This document shows positions 33,826 through 45,345 of a stretch of 64,000 nt of DNA, piece after piece. Source of the DNA: a cyanobacterium endosymbiont of Rhopalodia gibba. GTDB taxonomy: Bacteria > Cyanobacteriota > Cyanobacteriia > Cyanobacteriales > Microcystaceae. The stretch lies in the NCBI GenBank assembly GCA_045159875.1, contig CP067995.1, forward strand, positions 160,001-224,000. Direction: 5' to 3'. The notes beneath the pieces are model-generated. The model was not told the origin of the DNA and did no database searches. It worked only from the letters and a program-made list of their open reading frames with translations. The translations under genes and the position numbers were made by a program. Position 1 is the stretch's first letter; every line of letters starts with the position of its first letter.

Positions 33826-34491
33826 AGTTAAATTATTCATTTTTCTATCATTCTGTTGATTTATTAACTGATTCTATAATTATTTTTTTAAAGAAAAAAT
33901 TATAGAAATGTATGGTATAATCTATTTTTGAGATAAACGTTTTTAACAGTAAAAAAAAATAGTTTCTTTGTTCAACTTTTTATCGACTATAAACATTAGT
34001 TTAGGTTAAAATTTTAGCTATTAGTTTCTGTATTCAAATCAACGGTATTTATGAATTTTTAAAAAAATTTACATTTCATTCAAATTATTTTAAATAGTTT
34101 TTTAAAACTCAAGTCAATTTATATTTTATTTTAAACATCGATTAATATGAATAAAAATTTAAATTAAACGACAATCTGGTTATGTTTTCTCCAAAGTACT
34201 AAAAACTAAACTTGATTAACAGATTGAAAAACTATTTATTCACAAACTATCTCAGTATCATAAAACTATACATATTGAAAGTTCGGCAAAAGATAACCTC
34301 TAAAATAGAAATTTTAACGCATTTTAATATACCTAAATTTATTTATAACAATAAAATTCCAAGGAATAAGACTCTTCTAAATTCAAGAAAATAGAAAAAT
34401 TGAATCGATACAAAAAAAATAGAACCAATTATATTCAAATATAGGGGACTTCCCACAAATTATCAATTACTAATTAGAAATCAAAAAACCT

Positions 34492-35331
34492 ATGTCTAAA
34501 ATTCAGTGGTACCCTGGTCATATTTCCAAAGCAGAAAGACAACTTAAAGAACAATTGAACAAAGTTGATGTTGTTCTTGAAGTTCTTGATGCGCGAATTC
34601 CTCTAGCTTCTCACCATCCTCAAGTTCCTCAGTGGATAGGCGAAAACCCTCGAATTCTTGTGCTTAATCGCGTAGATATGATACCGGAATTTGTCCGTCA
34701 ACAGTGGATAACCTGGTTTGAACATCATGGGGAAACGCCCTATTTCACTAATGCAAAACAGGGAAAAGGGGTGAAAGCTCTCCATAAAGCTACTCAGACT
34801 ATAGGAGTAGCTATTAACCGACGAAGACGTGATCGCGGAATGCTACCTCGTCCAGTTCGCGCAGTTGTTATTGGATTGCCAAATGTGGGAAAATCTGCCT
34901 TAATTAATCGTCTTTTGGGACGTAAAATCGTCGCTAGTGCTAGAAGTGTGGGGGTAACTCGTCAAGTGCGTTGGGTTCGTATTTCTGATACTATTGAACT
35001 GTTAGATGCACCAGGAATCATCCCTAGTAACTTAGAAAATCAAAAAGATGCTGTTAAATTAGCCATTTGTGAGGATATTGGGAATGCAGCTTACGATAAT
35101 CAACATGTAGCGGGTGTTTTAGTTGATTTTCTAGTTGAGTTAAACTTTAAAGAAATTTTGCGATCACGTTACCATATTGATCTCCTGGGCATGACGGGGG
35201 AGGAGTACATTCAAATCTTAGGTCATAAATGCTATCAAGGGGATATTGAAAGAGCAAGTAGGCAGTTATTGAATGATTTCCGCAAAGGACTTATGGGGTG
35301 TATTCCTTTAGAATTACCACCTATGAAGTAA
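34492..35331 (+). CDS. rbgA: Ribosome biogenesis GTPase YlqF/RbgA
   Basis: 'IQWYPGH', 'LDARIP', 'GLPNVGKSALIN', 'LLDAPG'. Confidence 0.97.
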   Translation: MSKIQWYPGHISKAERQLKEQLNKVDVVLEVLDARIPLASHHPQVPQWIGENPRILVLNRVDMIPEFVRQQWITWFEHHGETPYFTNAKQGKGVKALHKATQTIGVAINRRRRDRGMLPRPVRAVVIGLPNVGKSALINRLLGRKIVASARSVGVTRQVRWVRISDTIELLDAPGIIPSNLENQKDAVKLAICEDIGNAAYDNQHVAGVLVDFLVELNFKEILRSRYHIDLLGMTGEEYIQILGHKCYQGDIERASRQLLNDFRKGLMGCIPLELPPMK

Positions 35332-35365
35332 CTAATGATATTAACACTTTTAAAGAATACTTAAC

Positions 35366-35408
35366 ACAATGGTCTTTTTTAAACCGCAGGTTTAAAAAAG
35401 ACCGTTGT
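35366..35408 (+). terminator. Hairpin downstream of rbgA (20-bp stem with one G-U)
   Basis: acaatggtcttttttaaacc-gca-ggtttaaaaaagaccgttgt. Confidence 0.7.
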
Positions 35409-36743
35409 ATTCAAAAATCAGAGAGTTCATTTACTCTTTTTCGAGAGAAAAAAGGAACATAGACGGGAGTAGCTATTAATGAATAGTTACAAAGTAAACT
35501 CTAACTTTTAGCTAAGTTTCCAACTACACTTTAAATATTAAAAATTTATATTTAAAGTGAGTGAACGTCTTAGAGACTTAATAATTTTTGCTTATCTACT
35601 ACTTGAAAAAACTAAGCTACCCTCTATAATTTTAATTTTTAGAGTTTTTGATTAGCTTATTTAAATGAGAAACTACTGGAAAGTTGGGAATGACTCCAAA
35701 GATAGATAAGAAATAACTAATTTTGAATTAACAGTAAAAGGAAACCCATTATAAGGGTAGACTGTGGTGAATTTGTCTAGACCGAAATACAAATTTTTTA
35801 AAAGTAATATTTGATCAATTCTTAGCTCATATAATGTTGTTATTGTTTGATCATAGTCAACAACGGTATTTATAGTCTTATTTTCTATTACTAATTTGGT
35901 TGCGGCATAAGAACCTAGAAAAACGATAATAATGAGTGCAGAGATAATTGCGATTACACGAAATCCTTGAATTTAATCTTTTGACTAAGAAAAGAAGAGA
36001 CGGTATCTTAATTGGTTGTCTCTGAAACCTTCCGTAATTATTTAAAAATAAATTAGCGAGCCAGATGATTACAGATTGCTAAATCTAGAGTAGGCAACAA
36101 AAAGAAAGCTCCTATTTTGTAAGCGAAACTTACTTTACCGACGAGGAATCAGCTACTTTGAGCTGTAGCTATAACGGATAAAACAGTTTAAGAGTTAAAG
36201 TCATGACTATCTAGTAGGTAAGTGAACTTAAATAGTTTCTTATAGTTAATTCCCTTACAATTGCTTGATTATGGGAGTTGGGAACTAAACTAACTGATCG
36301 TAACATAGGTTCATTCGAAGATAACTAATAATTGACCAGTTGATTGGCTTGGAAACAGAGGACGTCAAAATGAGATCTTCTGTTGTTCTGAGGAAGTATA
36401 AAGGCTAAGGCGATTACCCGATAATCATTGAATTACTATGAAATCTTTCATTAGCGGTTAGTAAAACTAGAAAAAATTAAAGATTAATGCTGATGTTTCA
36501 ATTTTTACTCGTTTAACAATTAAATTTTTACCAAAATGTTTCCTAATACTTATTAGGGGAGATATTCGATGAGGTCCTCTATGGTTTTTAATTTACTGTC
36601 TAGGATTAAATTGAAACGGCTAACCAATGAGGACTAGTATTTTGCAGTAACGGGATATAATTAAAGCGGTTGGTAAGTTGGTAAGTTTGAGTTCTATTGC
36701 GAACCTATTGCAAATAACGTGGAAGTGATTCAATGGATAAACT

Positions 36744-37136
36744 ATGGGGAGAATCATGAGTAACATATCAAAATTTCAAGCAGCTGCAACTATGATGACT
36801 AGAACGCCCCCATGGGGAACTGTAACTATTTTAGAGAAGGGGAATGGTTACTGCATCAATCGCATTGTAGTTCAACCTGGTGAACATATCAGCACTCAGA
36901 TGCACTGTCATCGTAGTGAACATTGGATTGTTGTTTCAGGAACTGCTAGGGTTATTTGTAATGGACAAGAAAAACTTCTCAAACAAAAAGAATCTACTTA
37001 TGTTCCCATGAACACTCGTCACCGTATTGAAAATCCTGGAGTGATTCCGTTGGTGATGATTGAAGTGCAAAATGGGGAATATTTGGAAGACGATGATATT
37101 ATTCGTTTTTCAGGTTCTACTGAACTTATGGTGTAG
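36744..37136 (+). CDS. Mannose-6-phosphate isomerase-type cupin (PMI type II C-terminal domain)
   Basis: 'PWG', 'QMHCHRSEHWIVVSGTA', 'HRIENPG', 'IEVQNGEYLEDDDIIRF'. Confidence 0.9.
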   Translation: MGRIMSNISKFQAAATMMTRTPPWGTVTILEKGNGYCINRIVVQPGEHISTQMHCHRSEHWIVVSGTARVICNGQEKLLKQKESTYVPMNTRHRIENPGVIPLVMIEVQNGEYLEDDDIIRFSGSTELMV

Positions 37137-38779
37137 AATCAACTAGTGAAATACAAAGTTAAGAAACTTCTGAGTTAGAAATTTACAAAATTTTTGGATC
37201 CATAGGTTCTCCTTTAAATCAACTTCAATTTATTATTGATACTTTCTCCAATCCAACACCCAATTATTTCATGGATTTTTTAGGATAATAGACAAGCTTT
37301 TTTACACCAATCAGTTAATTATAATAACTCTGATATCCTGTATGAGTTTTTCCCAGAAATTTTTCTTAACTTTATCCTTATGATTGGTGTATTTTTGAAA
37401 GAACTTTTAGATTTTTTTGTTTCTATAATTTCTAATATCAATCTCGAGAGAGATGGCTTTCTCTGTCTAAAGTGAATCTTTCATGATTAATTCATCATCT
37501 TCATAAAGTTTTCTAATGGTTAAACTATAATAAACACAAATTGCTGTTTCGTATTGAAATCTTATTCATTGAACTTAGTCGAGCATTTAATGCTATTGAT
37601 TTAATTAAAATAAAGTTGTCGAGTCTAGCATGATTTAATTATGACACAAAACCTGCTATGGTGCTAGCTATATAACTATAGCTTTTGACAAGCTTAATTA
37701 TTGCCAATAATACTTTGTATTTATACTTTTAATTCTTATATTATAAGTTCGGAATAATTCATATTCAGAATAAATAGATAAATCCAACACTACGAGTTAG
37801 TACTATTCCCAATCTTCTCTTAGAAAAAGTACTCAGATCTGACATAAAATTTTATAGATTATAAAGATAATAAATTACTTTTATTCAAATTTAAACCTTT
37901 TAAAGTAAAACGCAAAGCTAAATTTGGAAATCAACAATCAATAGGACTTAAAGCAATTTTCTTGATTATTACTAAATAATCTTCAAATTTAACAAAACTC
38001 CTGATAACAAAGATTATGTCTTGATTTTATAATATTTAAAAAAATATTAAACGTTAGTATGTTTTTAGCAAAAATGAATTGATTTTCTCTGAATATTAAG
38101 TAACTATTCTAGAATAGCGTTATAGTCCAAAAATTATTCAAGAAATAATAGAAAATTTCTTGGACTATCCGTTGATAATTTTAACTTAATTGTAAAAGCA
38201 GTATAAAATTGAGAAATTTTTAGTTGTCGGTAAACAGGAACTATTTCCTATTTTTTCTGTTTCATCCAAGAAATGTCAGGTTAGTAAACTACACCCTTAA
38301 CAAGGAGAAATTACGTGGTGAAATCAATCTCAATTTCTATTTTTTCTTGTTCAACTCGGATAGCTAATTATCTGATTAATTTAAAGTTTTTTCTTCCCTT
38401 TTCTGGAACAGTTGTTGTTACAATAATAACTGATTTTTAGAGATTTTTTCCAATTAACTACTCTTGATTAAGTTAATAAAACTTAGAAAATTCGGGAATC
38501 TATTTAGATTTAAAATAATGTTCCGAGTTTATAAAAAAAGTTAAATTTTAATTTAATCTAAAAAATAGATATACTCTCTTAGTATTTTTTAGTAGAAATA
38601 TTACATTATAGTTTAATAATTCATCTTAAGAACAGAGGTATTTTTAAAAATTTAATATTAATTTTTTTTATATTTAAAATTAAATCAATATCTTAAATCC
38701 AACATCTCTAGATATAATAATTAATTATCACGTGCAATTTCTTTAAAAACCATTTTTCTAAAAAACTATTTAGAGAACA

Positions 38780-41239
38780 ATGTCTACGGAACTATCAGAT
38801 TGGATACGCTTAGATAAATCTCTCTCAATTGAAGCAGAAAGCGGTTACACTGACCTTCAGGGAAATCAATATCGCTTTAGTGAATTTTTATGCCTTAATT
38901 TTAACAAAACTCCTCCTCCAGGGACTTCTGCTAGTGATCATAGTCGCTGGCAGGGTTTTGCAGTTAAATATGCTCAATATCCTCAATTATATCTTTCTCA
39001 ACGCCAGAGTTTAATCAGCAAAACTCGACAGTTTTTACATGAACTTAAACTTTCGTTAGAAACTGCTTCTGAATCACCACCTCCTAAATTACCACGAACT
39101 GTTTCTCTGGCACAAAAGCTAGCTTATCCCCACAAAATAACTTTAGAGCAATCCCTTAGTACTTTAGTAGAAGTAGGCTACAAAAAAGGCGAATTGCTAA
39201 AAAAACTAGGATTGTTTACTGTTAAAGATATACTGTTTTATTATCCTCGCGATCATATTGACTATGCCCGTCAAGTGAGCATTTCTCATCTTAATCCAGG
39301 GGAAACAGTAACAATCGTAGGAAGTGTAAGAAAGTGTAATTGTTTTACCAGTCCCAAGAATAAAAAATTAAGTATTTTTGAGTTAATTGTACGAGATAAT
39401 ACTGGAAAAATTCAACTCAATCGCTTTTTTGTGGGAATGAGTTTTACTAATCGTAGTTGGCAAGAAAAACAAAAACGACTCTACCCTTTAGGCTCTATTA
39501 TTGCTGCTTCAGGATTAGTTAAAAAGAATAAATACGGCGTTACTTTAGAAAACCCAGAAATTGAAGTTTTAGATAGTTTTGGGGCAAACATAGAATCTTT
39601 AAAAATTGGGCGTATTTTACCAATATATCCCTTAAAAGGAGGTGTTCCTGCTGACTTAATTAGACGGGTCATTGTGAGTTGTTTAGGAGCAATCAAACAA
39701 ATTAGAGATCCCCTTCCCGTAGCCTTAAGAAATCAATACGGATTAATTACACTAAAAGAGGCGATCACTAATATTCATTTTCCTCAAACTACTGATCTTT
39801 TGACTCATGCCAGAAGACGGTTAGTTTTTGATGAATTCTTTTACTTACAAGTAGGGTTTTTACAACGTCGTCAAGAACAAAAACAAATAAAAAACAAGAC
39901 ATTTTTTGTCCCAAAAGGGAAATTAATAGAAGACTTTAATAAAATATTACCTTTTAGTTTAACCAGCGCACAAAAACGAGTAATTAATGAAGTTTTAGAT
40001 GATTTAAATTTATCAACTCCAATGAATCGTTTGATACAAGGAGATGTAGGATCAGGAAAAACAATTGTTGCCGTATTTTCCATATTAGCAGCTATTCAGT
40101 CTGGTTATCAAGTTGCTTTGATGGCTCCAACAGAAGTATTAGCAAAACAACATTATCGAAAATTAGTATCTTGGTTTAACCTTTTATATTTACCTGTTGA
40201 ATTACTAACTGGCTCAACAAAAATAGCTAAAAGAAAAGAGATTTATAGTCAATTACAAACTGGAGAATTACCTTTGTTAGTGGGAACTCACGCCCTCATT
40301 CAAGACAAAGTAATCTTTCAAAGATTGGGGTTAGTAGTAATTGATGAACAGCATCGATTCGGGGTGTATCAACGGGCTAAATTATTAGCTAAAGGTGAAT
40401 CTCCTCATGTTTTAACTATGACAGCTACTCCCATTCCTCGTACATTATCATTAACTTTACATGGAGATTTAGATGTTAGCCAAATTAATGAATTACCTCC
40501 AGGAAGACAGCCTATTGAAACCACAGTATTGATTGGCAAAGAACGCGCCAAAGCTTATGATTTGATTCGGCAAGAAGTCGCTCAAGGAAGACAAGCTTAT
40601 ATTATTCTTCCCATGATTGAAGAATCAGAAAACTTAGATGTTCGTGCCGCAGTAGAAGAACATAAAAAATTATCCGAAACTGTCTTTCCTACGTTAAATA
40701 TTGGATTACTACATGGCCGTATGAATTCAGTAGAAAAAGATGAAGTTTTAACTAATTTTAGAAATGATAAAAATCAAATTATTATTTCAACAACGGTAAT
40801 TGAAGTGGGTGTTGATGTACCTAATGCAACGGTAATGTTAATTGAAAATGCGGAACGGTTTGGACTGTCCCAACTACATCAATTAAGAGGAAGAGTAGGA
40901 CGGGGTTCCCATAAATCCTATTGTTTGTTAATGAGTAGTAGTAAAACTCCTGATGCACGGCAACGGTTAAGTGTGTTGGAACAGTCCCAAGATGGTTTTT
41001 TTATATCAGAAATGGATTTAAGATTTCGCGGGCCGGGAAGTGTTTTGGGAACCCGTCAATCAGGATTACCTGATTTTGTTTTAGCAAGTTTAGTTGAAGA
41101 TCAAGAGATTTTGGTATTAGCTAGAACTGCTGCGGAAAAGATTGTTATAGCCGATAGTCATCTAGGAGGAATGCCATCCTTGAAAAAAGAGTTAGAACAA
41201 CGCTATAAAAAACTAATGGGAGTGAATGTTTTAACATAA
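38780..41239 (+). CDS. recG: ATP-dependent DNA helicase RecG
   Basis: 'RLIQGDVGSGKT', 'IDEQHRFGV', 'MTATPIPRTL', 'QLHQLRGRVGRG'. Confidence 0.99.
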   Translation: MSTELSDWIRLDKSLSIEAESGYTDLQGNQYRFSEFLCLNFNKTPPPGTSASDHSRWQGFAVKYAQYPQLYLSQRQSLISKTRQFLHELKLSLETASESPPPKLPRTVSLAQKLAYPHKITLEQSLSTLVEVGYKKGELLKKLGLFTVKDILFYYPRDHIDYARQVSISHLNPGETVTIVGSVRKCNCFTSPKNKKLSIFELIVRDNTGKIQLNRFFVGMSFTNRSWQEKQKRLYPLGSIIAASGLVKKNKYGVTLENPEIEVLDSFGANIESLKIGRILPIYPLKGGVPADLIRRVIVSCLGAIKQIRDPLPVALRNQYGLITLKEAITNIHFPQTTDLLTHARRRLVFDEFFYLQVGFLQRRQEQKQIKNKTFFVPKGKLIEDFNKILPFSLTSAQKRVINEVLDDLNLSTPMNRLIQGDVGSGKTIVAVFSILAAIQSGYQVALMAPTEVLAKQHYRKLVSWFNLLYLPVELLTGSTKIAKRKEIYSQLQTGELPLLVGTHALIQDKVIFQRLGLVVIDEQHRFGVYQRAKLLAKGESPHVLTMTATPIPRTLSLTLHGDLDVSQINELPPGRQPIETTVLIGKERAKAYDLIRQEVAQGRQAYIILPMIEESENLDVRAAVEEHKKLSETVFPTLNIGLLHGRMNSVEKDEVLTNFRNDKNQIIISTTVIEVGVDVPNATVMLIENAERFGLSQLHQLRGRVGRGSHKSYCLLMSSSKTPDARQRLSVLEQSQDGFFISEMDLRFRGPGSVLGTRQSGLPDFVLASLVEDQEILVLARTAAEKIVIADSHLGGMPSLKKELEQRYKKLMGVNVLT

Positions 41240-41289
41240 AAATTATAATATTAAAATATTTAAGAATTTAATGATACAGTTCTTTAATC

Positions 41290-42071
41290 TAATCGACTGT
41301 TGAGGACAGTGTGCAGCCTTATTAGCAGCTTTGTTCTTATTAACAATTGTCATAGAAGGCAATTGATTCTCCGATGTTGGATTGCCAACAACAAGACTAT
41401 CATGGGTAAGCAGTATTATCGGTATTACGATTGGTTACAGTACTTATTTTACTACTTTAAAATGTTTCGGACTTAGATAAGCTTTACTAATGGAGACTTT
41501 TGCTCTCCCTTTCATCGCAATTTTAGTTTTTATTGTTCTTTGAAAATACCTTTGTCTTTTGGCTTAGTTGGGTATTATTTTAACAGTTTTAGGAGTTACT
41601 TGGGTAGTAACAGAACAGGTGGGTAATGACGCGATTGATTTTATTAATTAGCAACGAGGACTGATCTCTGGATGGTTTGCAGAAATCTGTCAGATAGCAG
41701 GGTTGTTTGTATCACCTTGCTCTTGACAAAACTGAAATTAGCTCATTATGGAGTACCTTATTGAGGTTATCTGAAGAAACTAGTATTCTACTATTTTAGC
41801 TCTATCAAAATCTTGCTTTTTTGTTAAACTTTCTGCCCTCTAAACTGACTTTTACTATAACCGAACCGGTTGTGTTTTTAGGCACTTACTTAGATATTTA
41901 ATTACAACAAACTTTTTTAAGATTTATAGTGCTAGGGATGGCTCAAGCCCGGACTTCTACTAGTCCCATATTCGTTCTGCAGATTGCAGTCAGTTTCGGC
42001 AATTGAGTCAGTGTAAGAAGAATTGTAGCGACAATCACTGCGATTTTAAATATTCTCTTCAAGAAACTTAA
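41290..42071 (+). pseudogene. DMT/EamA family transporter pseudogene
   Basis: Fragments 'GQCAALLAAL', 'IIGITIGYSTYFTTLKCFGLR*ALLMETFALPFIAIL', 'GIILTVLGVTWVVTE', 'FLGTYLDI*LQQT', 'GMAQARTSTSPIFVL'. Confidence 0.85.
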
Positions 42072-42669
42072 GATAACAACTGATAAAAAATATGTTCTGG
42101 AAAGTAGTATTAAGAAATAGAGTTAGTTAAATGTATAAAAATTAATTTCTTTAAAAAAATTAATAAGTATTTTAATCCACTAAATTTAAAAATTCTGGAT
42201 ACAATATATACGTTTACTCGCATAAAAAATATATAAGGTTTTTTAAAAAAATTGAATTATTTATCTAAATATAGATTTGACAAAAGAAATTTTTATATAA
42301 AAATCTGTATCTTACATTATTATTAATTTTTATAGGAAAAAATCTGGAACTTCTAGCTAAGAAATGATTTTAGTGACTTCGGTTCTTTGCTCACCAATAA
42401 CCGAAGAAGCTGTGTAAGTTTCTGCCTGACTGAGTTTAATACTGGTTAATAATGTAGTGTTTTCTGCTAAAAATGAGAGACTAAGGAGCATTACTACCAG
42501 TTTGATTTATGGCATAGTCCTATATTTTATCAGAATGATAACTATAATTATATATTTAATTTTATTTAAAACTGATAATATTTTCAGCCTGATGAAAGTA
42601 CTTAATACAGTTCTTATGAGTCCTTTTTTTTTCCGATCTCCACTCCTAACTTAGAGGATGAACAGCTTA

Positions 42670-43302
42670 ACCTGATTCTTCCTCGCTAATATTTGGATAA
42701 AGCAAAGGGGGTATTTCAGGTGATAATAAGATTTTATAGGAGTTGTTGAACTCCTATCGGTGGGAGGAAAGTTAGGTGAAAACTATCAAAGTTACTGCTA
42801 GATTTAACTCCATTTCTAAGGTTCAAATTCTCTTAGAGAATATCCCAGAAAAATAAGGAGTTATATCATAATATTTGACTGTCTTCATATAAAAAGTGGC
42901 AAAAATTAAGCAAACAATCATTCCTGAGATTACTCCTTATTAGTTAGTTGGTTGATTAAATTATATTAAGATAATAACTAAAAAAAACTAGCTACTTTTA
43001 AGCTAAAAGTAAAGGCTACAATTTTGACAATAAACCCAGTCTGATAAAAATAAAAATCACGGTAATGCCAATTAGATCTCCTGGCATCATATGCCCGACT
43101 ATTTACCTTTTAGATTGACTTCTATGAGGATTAATAATTTAGTAGAAAACATCGTTAAGAATAGAATTTTAAATGACCTAGAATAACCCCGATACGGTTG
43201 ATACAACTTCTTTCAATTCTTTGTCTACTACTAAGGTAATTATCCAAGTGGCTAATTTAGCAACTTCTGGGGCAGATAAAATAATAACATTGCGGTTGAT
43301 AC
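42670..43302 (-). pseudogene. C-terminal relic of a sodium:solute symporter (ActP/VC_2705-like)
   Basis: Minus-strand fragments 'NRNVIILSAPEVAKLATWIITLVV', 'IVAFTFS', 'GVISGMIVCLIFATFYMKTVKYYDITPYF', resembling 'DRDIIVL.TPE.ANL..WVIALVAAG...GAIAGM..G'. Confidence 0.75.
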
Positions 43303-44277
43303 TAATTTTACAATTTTTTATCGTGGGTTAACTGAATTTAACTGAATTAGTTAATTACTATTTTTATTTAAAACCCGTAAAAATTTTTTATTTTTCTATT
43401 TTAAATTTTAAATCTAAAATAGAAAAAAACAATAATATTTAAATTCAAAATATTCAATTATATAGAAATTTTAACTATTTAAAAAAGAGTAAATTAATCT
43501 AGAAAATATGATAAATATAAAGGAATAAATGCGGTAGTTATTATTGAATAACGGCTCAGTACATGCAAGTGGTTTAGTTAAAGTAAAACTAAAAAATAAG
43601 CAGAAAAAAAATTATATCTTTTTTCCTCTAGATTTAGAGTATAGAAAGTGAATAGCATTAAATAAAAATTTAAATATTGTTGTAAGGACATTTCAATATA
43701 AATATGATTAAACTAAGATAGTTAAATAATGTAATGTATTGTTCAAAGCAATTATCTTTTAATTTACATTAAAACAATATGAATTCAACTTTACTTGCCT
43801 AAATATAATAAAATGTAAAATATTTTCTATTTTTATTTAAAATAATTTACTATAAAAAAATTCTGAATGACTGTACTATCGCCATTTAAATTTTTATCTA
43901 TAAGTCCAATATCTTGTGTTTAACTTCTTTGTGTTGTTTGAGAACCTTAAGACATATTTACTGAAAGTATGGATAATGCATGACTATAAACAGTAGATAC
44001 ATCAGAAGAGGGATTTAGCTCAATTCACTTAACATACCTAAAATATAACAGCAGTTGTCAGATAATTCTGAAAAAGTCTGGGAAGGTATGATTGTACAGA
44101 GTTAGCTAAAAAAGTAAAAAAAAATTTATTTTGAACAAAGAGTTTTATAGATATCTATTAATTCTAGATAATTTAGACTTAACCGAAAAAAGTAAATTAA
44201 ATTCCCTGTCAAAAATGACTTAAAATTGTGGTTTACAATATCCTGGCTTTGCCTAACATTTTTTAAATTAAAAATTA

Positions 44278-44769
44278 ATGGAAAAGATTCAATGTGCGAT
44301 TGCTTTAGGGAGTAATTTAGGAAATTCTCTCAATATTTTAGAAAAAACTATCCAAATTTTTGAACAATTATCAGAAGTCTATCTTAAATCCTATTCCCAT
44401 TGGTATGAAACTATCCCCTTCGGACCTCCTCAACCAAATTATCTAAATGGTTGTGCTATCCTAGAAACCTATTTAGTCCCTGATAAATTGTTAGAAATCT
44501 TACTCAATATTGAACAACAATGGGGACGAGTACATCAAGAAAGATGGGGACCAAGAACCCTAGATTTAGATTTACTATTATATGGAGATTTAATTCTAAA
44601 AACTGATACGCTCGAAATTCCTCATCCCCGTATGATACAACGGGGGTTTGTCCTAATTCCTTTAGCAGAAATTTCTCCTAATTGGGTGCATCCTGTGAGC
44701 AAAAAGAAGATCGTCCAGCTCCTTGAGGAGGTAGACTGTTCTGGAGTCAGTCTTTACCAACCCAACTAA
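44278..44769 (+). CDS. folK: 2-amino-4-hydroxy-6-hydroxymethyldihydropteridine diphosphokinase
   Basis: 'IALGSNLG', 'WGPRTLDLDLL', 'IPHPRM'. Confidence 0.97.
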   Translation: MEKIQCAIALGSNLGNSLNILEKTIQIFEQLSEVYLKSYSHWYETIPFGPPQPNYLNGCAILETYLVPDKLLEILLNIEQQWGRVHQERWGPRTLDLDLLLYGDLILKTDTLEIPHPRMIQRGFVLIPLAEISPNWVHPVSKKKIVQLLEEVDCSGVSLYQPN

Positions 44770-44784
44770 CTGATATGCAAATTC

Positions 44785-45345
44785 ATGTCTGTCTTCAATG
44801 AATCTCTTATATATCTACGGTAACGTCTATTTTACCGGGAGCGCGAATTTAATTTTGGTGTTCATTCCCTACGTTTACATAGTAGGGTTGAGGGCGATTG
44901 GAAATGTACTCGTCATCGAGGAGGAGCGTTGGCTTTTCCTACCACATCAAAGAGTAAACTGGTCTTGGTTAAGCAGTACCGTTTTGCTGTAGAAGGACGA
45001 TTGTTAGAATTTACCGCTGGAATCTTAGAACTAGATGAAAAAACATCAGAAACTATTAAACGTGAAATTCAAGAAGAGATTGTATATTATGCTAAGATAT
45101 GGCATTTTTTAGGTAAGTTTCCTTTAACTCCTGGTTATTCTGATGAGTATATTTATGTTTTCTGTCCACAGGATTTAAAAAAGTTAAAACACCTTCCCGA
45201 ACAAGATAAGGAGGAACATACTGAAGTGGTATTAATGACGTTTTCAGAATTTGAAATAGCTATCTTTAAAGGAAAACCTATTGATGCTGAATCTATTAGC
45301 AATTTTTTTATGACACGACTATTTTTAGATAAGATCAATGGCTAA
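44785..45345 (+). pseudogene. NUDIX hydrolase (ADP-ribose pyrophosphatase-like) pseudogene
   Basis: ATG 44785 is in frame with the 44929 ORF but has TAA at 44821 ('MSVFNESLIYLR*RLFYRER...HRGGALAFP'); the Nudix box is degenerate ('AGILELDEKTSETIKREIQEEIVY'). Confidence 0.85.

Noticed and set aside
34212..34394. AT-rich spacer ORFs (also 42457, 47179, 60729, 61322)
   Set aside because: Low-complexity I/K/N/F/L composition expected by chance in very AT-rich DNA.
35740..36460. Minus-strand fragments with a TM-like stretch and 'ANERFHS', possibly a Ser/Thr kinase tail
   Set aside because: Too little similarity to call.
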